From positions 121,212,001-121,276,000 of the forward strand of contig CM059431.1 in the NCBI GenBank assembly GCA_030390025.1: DNA of 64,000 bases. Reading direction: 5' to 3'. Positions 50,976 to 62,683 of the stretch are shown in pieces. Numbering within the stretch: the stretch's first letter is position 1; each line of letters begins with the position of its first letter. The DNA comes from Squalus acanthias. Its lineage: Eukaryota. The notes below the pieces were generated by a model, which was given only the letters and a program-made list of their open reading frames with translations, searched no databases and was not told the origin of the DNA. Made by a program: the position numbers and the translations under genes.

Positions 50976-53564
50976 CTGGGTATTCTGCGATGAGTGTCTC
51001 ACCTCCTGACTCCCCAAAGCATTTCCACCATCTACAAGGCACAAATCAAGAGTGTGATGGAATACTCTCCACTTACCTGGATGAGTGCAGCTCCAACAAC
51101 ACTCAAGAAGCTCAACACCATCCAGGACAAAGCAGCCCGCTTGATTGGCACCCCATCCACCACCTTAAACATTCACTCCCTCCACCATCGACGCACCGTG
51201 GCTGCAGTGTGTACCATCTACAAGATGCACTGCAGCAACTCGACAAGGCTTCTTCGACAGCACCTCACAAACCCGCGACCTCTACCACCTAGAAGGACAA
51301 GGGCAGCAGGCGCACGGGAACAGCATCACCTCCAAGTTTCCCTCCAAGTCACACACCATTCTGACTTGGAAATATATCGTTGTTCCTTCATCGTCGCTGG
51401 GCCAAAATCCTGGAATTCCCTCTCTAACAGCACTGTGGGAGTACCTTCACCACAAGGACTGCAGCGGTTCAAGAAGGTGGCTCACTATCACCTTCTCAAG
51501 GGCAACTAGAGATGGGCAGCGCGTCCACAACCCAGGAACAAATTTAAAAGAAATGCTCGACCAGCTTGCCAGAACAAAACAAAGTGCTGATGGTGCCTGG
51601 CATATTTAATTGCTGCAGGCTTTAAATCGTGGAGAAGCACGCACCACTTCCCACGACTGACTAGGTTCAGTGCATTGTCACCCGAGTGAACGGAAGCCCT
51701 TCCCTGCCACACTCCTAGCAGCAGAATGCAGGCTGTTGTGTCTTTGTGTTAGCAGGTCTGTCATCTTTGTATATAATATATTGTTTACATGATATATTCT
51801 GCTGTACCCTTTTCTTTTACTTTCTTACAACTCCAGTATTTATCCGTATTTTTGTCAGTCATCGAGTGAAATCATTTAGATATCGATTTACCTTTCATCT
51901 CAATGTGCAGCATGACATCTGCAGATTTATTTTGGGTTGTTTTTCACTTGCCAATCTGTAGCAAGGCTATAAACAAAAAGCTGTTAATAACAGCATTAGG
52001 GAAGTAAAAGCTAAGATTTTTTTTTATGGAGTTTGTTAGTAATATCTTCCAAGAGTTTATTTGCAGTGTTTCATTCTGTGTCTTTTTTTATTTACTTTGA
52101 TGATAAATGGAAGAAGCTTTGGATGGAAGACATTAAATAATAAAGTTTGAAAAGATCTTTTCTGTATCTCCTGTTTGCACTGTTCATATAAAAATATAAA
52201 AATTACTAACTACAACAAACTATGTGGCCAGTTGATGACTGCAAGAGGAATCCATAGCATTCAAAGGGATCTGGATTAGTGAAGCATATGGGCTAAGAAA
52301 TGGCAGATAGATTTTACTGTAGATAAAGCTCTTTCCTCCAGGAATGAAACATATATAAATAATGAAAGGACATTGATCAGCAGAGATGGGAAAGATAAGA
52401 TTTGGCTGTGATTATTGACTATTTTCTCTTTACCAGTTAATGTACATTTGTTATCAACAGGGCTAATCATTTATTAGGATTCACCTCAAGTAAAATAATG
52501 TATTCGTAGCTTGTGTTGGTAAGACTGCAGTAGGTGTCGATAACATCTTTAAATAGATTTTACAAGCCTTCACATGCAGCATGCTGTGATTGTGTGTTGA
52601 ATTCAATGTGTGCTCATGGTGTATGTGAGACCTTATTGCATGCAAGGATTTGGAAAACCGAGCTGAACAAATTAAGCAAATGTCTGGTTAAGAGCGCAAT
52701 AAAGGGCTAGAACATACTTATAGAGAAAGCTAAATGTTCTGTGAGTGTAATGGTTACTGAGTTACTGGGACAATGGAAGTGTTATGCCAAGGAAACCAAC
52801 AGGTCAAGTGTATAGAAATTAGGTTGTAGGATTTTTAGACATTCTGGAGTTTTCTTAATTTACCTTGGGAGCAAGAGAATCTTTCCTCAGGAGGTGAATG
52901 GATTGGCTGCAACCCATGATGGGACAGATTGTACAGTCAGTGGTAGGAGCTGGCTTGATCAGATCTTTTCTCAATCTATGCTAAATTATGTTCTTTCATA
53001 TGTTCATATGATGCAATATTACAAGAGTGGCATATGTGCACAAAAGTGTAATAATAAACAGCTTCCAGCTAGAGCTTATTCCATTTATTATCTTCTTCTG
53101 CTTTCCATTGCTAAATCAGTTTTCAATCTAATTAATTAATTTCCTATGATTCCATGGGCTTTATTGCTCTTTAGAAGTCTTATATGTGGAATTTCATCAA
53201 ATGTTTATTGAGAGTAAATGCATATTGTATCCATTGGATTGTCCTTATCAGCCAATTTAGTAATGGCTAGCATTCATCAAATGAAGGCTAAACTTCAGAT
53301 AACATACAAAATTCTGTTTACCTTTATCGACTCATCTGTGGAATATTATTTGGTGCACCTATTTTTCTCAGAAATTCTATTTTCAGGTATGTTCATTTGT
53401 GCACTTTTTATTGCAGAGAGTCTGAAGTGTGCCAAAGCTAGAATATAAACTTAAGTAAACATATTATCATTAGTTGTTAACCGCAGTTCAAGGGTTTTCA
53501 AAAATGCATAATTATTATAGTACCAAGTTGTTTTTTTTACGAAACATTTTCTATGCAAAAAGGA

Positions 53565-53835
53565 CTTATATTTATATGGAGCCTTTCACAACCCCAGAGC
53601 ATCCCAAAGTGCTTTAGATTTAACGAAATACTTTTGAAGTGTAGTCACTGTTGTTTTGTAGGCAAACACACTAGTTAATTTGCTCACAGCAATAAGATGA
53701 TTCACCAATTAATCTGATTTTGGTTGAGGGGTAACTGTTGCCCAGAACACCAGGAGAAACTCCTCTGCTCTCTTTCAAATAGTGCCCTGGGGTCTTTTAC
53801 ATCCACCTGAGCAAGCAGACAGGACCTCATCTGAA
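53565..53835 (-). mobile_element. Partial DeuSINE (SacSINE1-like)
   Basis: Reverse complement of the Deu core and tail of 11866-12333. Confidence 0.7.
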
Positions 53836-53970
53836 CTAGTAAGATGGGGGGAGGGATCTACAAGAAACATAACCAGCCTAAATATAAACAAAACAGGAAA
53901 AGAGAGCATAGGATAGAATAAAGTAAGGGAGGACATTGATGGCAAGGAAATAAATAGAGTAATAGAACAG

Positions 53971-54853
53971 GGGGGATAAATTCGGTATCGCCCCGTTTAG
54001 GGCGCAATTATTGGCCGGGCGCAAAGTTTAGCGCCTGGCGCTAATTATTGCCTCCGACTGCAAACTTGGCTTCTATCGCCCCGGAGGTGATTCGAGCGCT
54101 AAAACAGGCACTGCACACCTCTCTTAAGGTGCTGACGCCGAGGAGCGAGGCGCTACCTCAGAGCGCTGGTGAAGCTCATGTGATGTCAGTCAGCAATGGA
54201 ACACAGATACACTAGCGCTGGCCAGTTCTTAAAGGGGAGGGTCGATCTTGCTCTCCATCCACATTGCAGCCTTGAATCTCGACCTGGAGAGAGCTGTACA
54301 TCAAATCTGCTGGAAAGAACAATGGAGAGGCCCAGGGAAAGAGCTCAGAGTGCAGCCCCCATAGTATCCTCTAAATCGATGCAAGGAAGATCAAATCAAA
54401 ATGAACCTGCAAAGTGCTGCTCAATACCCAAAACTCCTCCACACAGCGCTGAATATTTCCAGAAGTCTCTCTCTCTCTCTCTCAGAATACGTGGTGCAAA
54501 AATATTGCCGACAAAAAAAGGCAGGAAGTGGTCGCCTTTAAATAGCGCTCCCCCAGTCCCTTCCCGACTGCAAAACGCCCCCCTCAACCTGTCGTTGCTA
54601 GCGGCAGGCAGTAAAGCAGGGGGCGCCACTCAATATCCGGTCCAGGGCGCTACCGGGGCGTTGCACGCTCGACTGACGTCACGATCTGCAGGTGCAGGAG
54701 ATCGTGGCAGTAGTGTTTAGCACTGCCGCAAAATGTCTGGTCAATTTTGCAAGCGGCGCAAACATCTCCGTGCCCGGGCGCTAGTTGCTTTGCACCCATT
54801 AACGCCCCCTTAAGGCACTAACGGGAGTCCCAAACCAACCGAATGTTTCCCCC
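53971..54853. mobile_element. Harbinger-type MITE
   Basis: TIRs gggggataaattc / gaatgtttccccc; TSD CAG; start of a Myb-like ORF (MERPRERA). Confidence 0.82.
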
Positions 54854-55734
54854 CAGGAGTCCAAAAAGATGGGTAAACATAAAGTGAGAGGAAATCCTAT
54901 TAATAATGAGTTGAACTGTCTGTACAGTAATGCACACAGTGTCCGCAATAAAACAGAGGAGCTGGAGGCAATCATACATTGCGAGGAATCAGACATAGGG
55001 ATTACTGAGACATGGCTACAGAAAAATCAAGACTGGGAATTAAACATTGCAGGGTATAACATATTTAGAATAGATAGAGAGGGAAAAAGGGGAGGTGGAG
55101 CAGCTGTACTTATTTGGGATAACATAATGGCAGTAGAAAAAAGTGCCACAGATATCAGCAAGACCAAAATAGAATCCATATGGATAGAGATAAAATATAA
55201 TAAAGGATCAATCACACTAATAGGCATAGTCTACAGACCACCTAATAGTGGAAGGGAGGTGGAGGAAGAAATATGCAGACAAATTAGGGAAATGAGTAAA
55301 TATCATAGAATAATAATCATGGGGGATTTCAACTACTCCAATATTAATTGGACAGAAGAGGTAGGTAAAGGTGCTAAGGGAATGGAGTTCCTACAACGTG
55401 TACAGGACTCCTTTCTAACCCAATATGTAAAGAGCCCAACAAGGGAGGATTCGCTATTGGATCTAGTAATTTGGAATGAAACAGAGCAGAGAAGAGAAGT
55501 AAAAGTAGGGGAACATATAGGCAATAGTGGCCATAATATAATACGCTTTAAGATGATAATTGAGAAGGACATAAGTATGACGAAAACCAGGTTAATAGAT
55601 TGGAGAAAAGCTGATTTTGAGGGGCTGAGAATAGAACTTGGGGGGGAAAAAATGGGCAACAATATTGACAAACAACGATGTAGAACAGTAATGGGAAACA
55701 TTTAAAACGGTGTTCAACAGAGTGCAGGAACAAT

Positions 55735-56499
55735 GGCCCTGAAATTCACCTCTCCGGCTTGCCGCGGGGGTAAGGATCGCGCGAGCACTTACCTACCGCG
55801 CCTGCCGTTGTGTTTTGGGCCCACGGGAACTTCAGCTCCTGGGCCTCTCCCAACTGCCGGCGCGCAGTGCTTGCGTGTCCCAGGGGCGTAGTTAGTGTGA
55901 TGCGTCCCCTGGGATCACGTGGGCCATGGAGAGCCAATGGCAGCAGACCATCTTTCATTCATAGATTTGACAGGAGACCTGTCAAATCTGTGAATTGAAA
56001 TCGGCCCCAAAAGAACAGCTAAACTTAAAATAAATTTTTTTAAAAACCCCATCACATTTATAAAATAACTATAGTTAAATAAATTAACCACTTTAAACAA
56101 AAATTTAAATTTTTGAAAAAATTAAAATACTTTTTAAAAGTGATAAAAATAAACTTACCTTTCTTTAAAGTATCTAAAAAAGATAAACCTGTTGAAAAAT
56201 TTTAAAAATTATACTTAATTAACCACTTACCTTGTTGAAAACGGGTCCTGCGCCTCCTTTTTAAAAGCGTAGGTTCTTCACTACTTACCCTCGCGTAGAA
56301 ACCTGAAAAAAAATCTAAGTTTGCATCGTGCGCACAGCCTCTACCGCGTACGCGGTTCACCTAGGAACCACCCCTTCACCAGACCGGAAGTTCCGGTTTC
56401 CCGCGCATGCGCAGTGCATGCAGGAAACCGGCACTTCGGGACGCATTACGGGTGAGTACGGACTGTGTACACACCCGGGAAGGGCCGAATTTTTGGCCC
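55735..56499. mobile_element. Harbinger-type multi-hairpin MITE
   Basis: TIRs ggccctgaaattc / gaatttttggccc; TSD AAT; CR1 resumes after it. Confidence 0.85.
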
Positions 56500-59193
56500 A
56501 ATATATTCTGCTAAAAGGAAAGAACAAACTAAACACTAATGAGACTCCATGGCAGAATAAAGCCATAAGGGAACAATTGAGGGTAAAGGAAAGAGGCATA
56601 CATTAAGTACATAGACAACAGGGGAGTGCATGATAAGGGAGAATACGAAAAGATTAGGAGAGAAATCAAAAAAACAATTAGCGAGGCAAAGAGGAACTAT
56701 GAAATTAAATTATAAAGGAACATAAAACAAAATATAAATATTTTACAGGCACATCAATAAAAAAAGGAAGGTTGGGATAGGAATAGGGCCATTAAGGGAT
56801 AGTCAGGATAATACTACAGGTAACGACAGAGAGATGGCAGAAATATTAAATAATTATTTTGCTTCAGTATTTACTAGGGAGATAGAACAGGTGGGCCTGA
56901 CATTGGATGATGAGATAAGTAATGAGATAAGTGGATTTGAAATTAAAAAAGAGGATATATTAACGAAAGTAATCAAACTCAAAGAGGATAAAACCCTGGT
57001 CAGGATAGATTGCATCCACGCATTTTAAAAGAATCTAGGGAAGAGATAGCAGAGGCATTACTACACATATTTAATATTTCGTTAGAAAAAGGTGTAGTGC
57101 CAGAGGACTGGCGGATAGCTAACGTAATACCAATGTTTAAGAAGGGGATAGAACATATCCAGAGAATGATAGATTAGTCAGCTTAACATTGGTGGTAGGA
57201 AAAATAATGGAATCCCTACTAAAGGAGAAAATAGAAGAACATCTAGAAACCAAAAATACAATAATGAATAATCAGCATGGATTTCAAAAGGGAAAGTCTT
57301 GCTTGACCAACCTTATTGATTTTATTGAAGAGGTAACAGAGAGAGTGTAGGCAATGGTAATGCAGTAGATGTAATTGATCTGGATTTTCAAAAGGCCTTT
57401 GATAAGGTACCCCATAATAGACTAATGGACAAGGTCAGAGAATGCGGAGTCAGGGACAAGTAGCAGAATGGATTGCTGGCTGGCTTCAGGACAGAAAGCA
57501 GAGAGTCAGAATAATGGATAGTTATTCACAGTGGCAGAAGGTTGGTAGTGGTGTTCCACAAGAATCAGTGCTGGGACCACTGCTGTTCACAATTTATATT
57601 AACGATTTAGACTTTGGAATCAAAAACACAATTTCTAAATTTGCAGATGACACCAAATTGGGGGGGATAGTTAATATTGAGCAGGATTGCAACAAATTAC
57701 AGGAGGACATTAATAAACTTGCAGAATGGGCATATAATTGGCAAATGAAGTTCAACACAGACAAATGCGAGGTATTACATTTTGGTAGGAAGAATAGGGA
57801 GGTCACTTATCACTTGGAGGGTGCGAGTCTGGGTGGGGTAGAGGAACAAAGGGATCTCGGATTACAAATACACAAATCACTAAAAGCTGCAACACAGGTT
57901 AGCAAGGCCATGAAAAAGCAATTCAAGCACTAGGGTTTATTTCTAAAGGGATAGAACTGAACATTAGATAAGTTATGCTAAACCTGTATCGAAACTTGGT
58001 TAGACCACACTTAGAGTACTGCGTACTGTTCTGGTCGCCATATTATAAAAAGGGTATAGAGGTACAGGAGAGGGTGCAGAGAAGATTTACAAGGATGATA
58101 CCAGAAATGCGAGGGTATACATATCAGGAAAGGATGAACAGACTGGGTCTCTTTTCTCTTGAAAAAATAAGGCTGAGGGGTGACCTAAGAGAGGTGTTAA
58201 AATTATGAAAGGTTTTGATAGTGTGGATACAGAGAGAATGTTTCCACTTGTGGGGAAAAGCATAACAAGAGGCCATCAATATAAGATAGTCACCAAGAAA
58301 TCCAATAGGTAATTCAGAATAAACTTCTTTACCCAAAGAGTGGTGAGAATGTGGAACTCGTTACCACAGGAAGTGGTTGAAGCGAATAATGTACAGTAGA
58401 TGCATTTAAGGGGAGGCTAGACAAGCATATGAGGGAAAAGGGATTAGAGGGTTATGCTGATAGATTTAGATAGGAGCTAGATTATGCAGGGGTTAAGCCA
58501 TGCAGGCACGAAGTGGTAATGAATAACACTGATGGCTCATGCGTGCGCACAGACTCCAAAAGAAGCACTGAGGTGCACTGAGCTCCACATACATAAAGCC
58601 CAAGGAATATTAGGATCAAAGATGGGGGTGAAGGTTTCTAGCTCCAGGGAAGGAGCAGACCTGAGCCACAAGCTCCCATTCAATAGCCAATAATTATCAC
58701 AAAATCAATTTTGAGTAAATTGAGCTGTGGTAATGGTTGGCTACTGAATAGTATCATTCTAAAAAAATATATTTAATTGGCTTATTCTGTGGTGCTTGCT
58801 GGTTGCTGATTGTAACTTTATTATCTGCCTGGAATATTGCTTACTTCATATTTTAACCAATCAATATGTTAACTGAACTGTGATGGATATTTGAGACATT
58901 CACTCTTTTAGCTCTACATTCACTGTGAAGTGTGGCATTCACTTAGAGGTATGAGGCCCAATACTGTGGACATGTGCTATACCAAGCCTTAACTCTGTAT
59001 AGATAGATACACCAATCAAGAGATATAAGAATAAATATCTTTCCAATTTCAATAATATAATAGCAGACATAAAAACCTAAGGGAGTGATACCTATACATT
59101 TCTTCGTAGATCCTTGGACTTAGATATCTCCTCTGGTTGAAAGAAGTGAATGTACCTCAGTAAGCGGGTCTTATTATAGACATAAAAGACTAG

Positions 59194-60004
59194 GGGGGCG
59201 AAATTCGGCTCCTTTGCGCCTGCCGTTAGCGCCTCTGGGGGGTGCTAACGGCCTGCAAAGGGCTTATCACCTGGGGGGGGGGGCGAAAAAAGGCCTCCCG
59301 CAAAATTCGGCGGGGCGTTGCTGACGCGCTACCCAATAGCGCCGCGCCCCCGCCGGTTTCAACCTGGGCCGCCGCACCTCAGGCGATGACATCATCGCCG
59401 TGCGCCGCAACACCTTAGCGCCCCTTACCGCCCCACGGCAGAAATTCAGCTGCGCCCCACGAGGCTGCCGTGAGTGGTGTCAGCGCCAGCCTCGCGGGTT
59501 GTGAGCCAGGCTGACCTCCACTCGCGGGGCGGTATTTAAAGTGGAGGTGCGGCCGCAACCCGCGCCGCCATTTTCGTTTTTTGGCCGATGTCCAGGTTGG
59601 CCCTCCGTGGTGGGCCGTGGCGTGGACCTGGTCGCCATCACGCAGCCCGGCACTATGTCTCGGCGCCGGGCTGCTGCCATGGCACCATGCCACCCTGGTG
59701 GTCTAGTTGGGGCCATCGGAGGCCCTGCAGAGTGCGCAACGACCCTCCCCTTTAAATGAAGGGGAGGGGCGTTGAAACACGGCAGCACTCTGCGGAGCCA
59801 CTGCCGAGCGCTGTCGATCGCGCCCCGACGTCGCCTCGGTTACCGCCCCACCAGGAAGTGAAGCGCCCGAGATTGTGCACCACTTCCTGGGCGGGGCGGT
59901 AAGCCGTATTTTGCAGCTGGGGTGGGACTTCCTCACCGGGTGCAGCATGTCACACCTCGCCAGCGTTACCGCCCCGAAACAGAGCGCTTTCGAATCTCGC
60001 GCCC
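59194..60004. mobile_element. CpG-rich Harbinger-type MITE
   Basis: TIRs gggggcgaaattcg / cgaatctcgcgccc; TSD TAG. Confidence 0.87.
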
Positions 60005-60674
60005 TAGTTTTTCATCCAGGGCATTAGCCCAAGTGAGGCAGTGAGCAAATTGTGCCCATCCAATCCATAGTATGTTACTTACCAGTGCACGTTTCTGGGT
60101 TGATCTCCAGGTATCGAAAACATCTGTGTTTGGAAGCTCACCAATTGCTGGATTGGAAATCACATGCTGCTGCAGGATTTAACATTTTGGAGGAAAATAT
60201 GTATGGATGGAATGGAGTGGGCCACAGCTTGGTCCAGTTCTTCAGTATGGCCAATAACGTTCTTCTGGAGGAAGTGAGTAAGATGAGGGTATCCATCTTT
60301 AATACTGTGGACTGAAAATTCAATAAGGCCCGAAAATGGGCGCGGGGATCATGATGCGTGATTTGCCTGTGCCCAATGAAAGTAATGCAGGCAGCACGAG
60401 ATTGATGCTCTCAGCTCAGTGCTGAGAGTGCTGCAGGTTGGCTGAGCACTCAGCAGGGGGCTGAAGTGCGTGGGAAGTCATCTCCATTTAAAGCTAGGCT
60501 GTAGTTCGGAACGCTGTCTGCACTTCTTAAAGGGGAGGCGTGTTCTGAAATAAGGACTTCATTGTAATTTCTGTAAAGAAACCATGGCTCAACAGGGCAG
60601 AGAAAGGGCACCTAGATTCTCAGATGCAGCACTGGAGGCCTTGTTGCAGGGGGCCAAAAGGAGGAGACAGGTCC

Positions 60675-62310
60675 TGTAAGGGGTGACGTGTGGCTCTGTG
60701 CTTAGCCTGAGTGCTAGTGCGGGGTTAGGCCTTGTTGCCTGTTCTGGTCTCCAGCCAGCCTGGTAACACTAGACACCTGTGAGTGGTTCGACCCACTCAC
60801 CCTTACGGTTCTAACACTGGACTTAGGTGCGAGAGCAATAATACAGAGAAAACTCAGGTAGACCCGGTTGAATAGTGCGAAATGGAAAATCTTTATTGCA
60901 TATTATTCAAGATTACGAGATACATGTCATAAGCACAGATTAATGACAGTACAATCTTACACACAGTTATGAAACTAATTTTAGGGAAACGAGGAGCGCA
61001 CGACACATCGTAAAAGGGGACACACATTATAATTATCCTTAAAACTTAAACCCTCCCCTATCAATACCTGTCCTAATCTAGATTTGTAGGATCGAGACTC
61101 ATGCTCACCACTCGTGATAACTCGGAGGATTCTAAATCGATGTTCGGATGCTTTCGCCACCGCACCTGACCACTCACGTGTTGGTCAAGGGTCTCTGCGC
61201 CTCACTTGTTTACTCGTTTCTGCTCCGGCTAGTAGGCTGGACCGTCTGCTGTCATGAAGATCTGTGTTGCCCTCGGAGTTCTGATACTACTCAAAAAAAG
61301 AGTCTTCCTGTGTCCTACACCAGTTGTCGGTAGAACTCGAAGAATAGTCTTCTTGGGCCAGTTGTGGAGTAGCCGATAGAATTCGAAAATGGTCCTTATA
61401 TTTTTAGGCGCGGTCGGGGCTTACTGACCGTGGCGACACGTGTAGTCTTCTTCTCATCTCATCTCATCTCATCTCATCTCATCTCCTCTCGGGCCTTCGG
61501 TTCCAACACCGTTTACCGACTCCTCGGGATGGTGCGCCCGCCTCCAGGCCTCACAGCCCAGTTCTCCACAGATCTTCGCGGCAAGCCACGAGGTTGATCC
61601 TAGCGGATCAGAGTCCAGAGTCGTCAGGCAAGAGAATAAAAGTTCAGCAGCCTTCCAGCGAGTCAAAGCAGCAAGAGAGAGATGGACGGCTGTACTTTAC
61701 AGTTATAGTGCTGTAATTCCTCTTTTCCCGCCCAATCTTAATGTCTATCTTTTGTCAGGGTTTTGCCGCTCAAACTTCTTGTATGGGGTGATCTCAGTCT
61801 TTAATGGGTTTTGGTGACACTTGTGACTGTCTGAGTACCCGTTAATATTTCTCCCATTGTGGAACCGGCTAGTAGTCTCCCTGGAGGGGTTTTGGGGCTT
61901 CCAAATGCTTGCTGTGAGTACCCGCGAATGGCTCTCTCATCGTAGAGCCGTGGGGATTTTGCATATTAATGTCTTTGGATGGGTCCTTGATCGCTCAGTA
62001 CAATAGCCCTTGTTTGCACCTGGGGGACCGATTTCAGTATTTATGTTTAAAATGCAAACCCATCATGTCTTGTCAATTATCTCAAATGTGCTGAGTCCTG
62101 TCCGATCTTGCTGAAATGTTTATTGAAGCGCCATCTTGTCTGCCTACTGAAAGTCTAGAACTTTCTGCCACGAGGCGTGGCGGCCATTTTACAGGCTGTT
62201 TGTGTCCGTTTTGAAACCTGACAGCATTCTGCTGAAATAAAGCTGTTTATACAAAACTTTATGTCTCCTTCTTATTTTTATAAAATCGCGATAATTTTGC
62301 GAATTCTACA
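60675..62310 (-). mobile_element. Solo LTR (~1.6 kb), diverged subfamily of the 1049-2657 LTR
   Basis: TGTA...TACA termini; TSD GTCC on both sides; collinear with 1049-2657. Confidence 0.92.
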
Positions 62311-62683
62311 GTCCTCTACCCGCAGGGGGCCAGGAGTCCCTCCAGAGTGACTGCAGTGGGAGGAGATAGCTGAAGCGGTCAATGCCAGCAATCATGCCCC
62401 CAGGAACTGGATCCAGTGCTGAAAGAAGTTTAATGACCTCACACAAGTAGTCAAGGTCAGTGAATACATCTTCAAATGTCATATCCCACCAACTGCACCA
62501 CTAGCCTCACACACTGCTCAATGCACCACTCCCCCATCACTCACCTACTAACAATCTGTAGCAATCACGACTCATACCTCACAATCATAGCTTTACCTCA
62601 CCCTCACACTCTTACCACTGCTGCAAGCCTCACACCCACATCTCACACCTTGCACACAATGCCAGCTATTCAACTATGACAGG

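Larger units (their letters stand above)
47765..51530 (+). mobile_element. Rearranged non-LTR retroelement with tRNA-derived head, APE start and RT/C-terminal fragments
   Basis: A box 47773-47783, B box 47833-47844; LLTNIWG...PDIVILTESY (APE); GPTIFSCFINDL...ADDCT (RT); interrupted by 47868-49612 and 50750-50975. Confidence 0.75.
53836..58475 (+). mobile_element. Degraded near-full ORF2 CR1 LINE with two nested MITEs
   Basis: CLYSNAHSVRNK, GITETW, YRPPNS, MGDFN, FADDTK, RPHLEYC; many stops and frameshifts. Confidence 0.92.

Noticed and set aside
51890..51966. Minus-strand exon flanked by acceptor- and donor-like sites
   Set aside because: Stop codons in all three frames; unsupported as coding.
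60052..60315. Host exon ending in a GTGAGT donor
   Set aside because: More likely another highly degenerate Harbinger Myb exon; no recognisable host protein.
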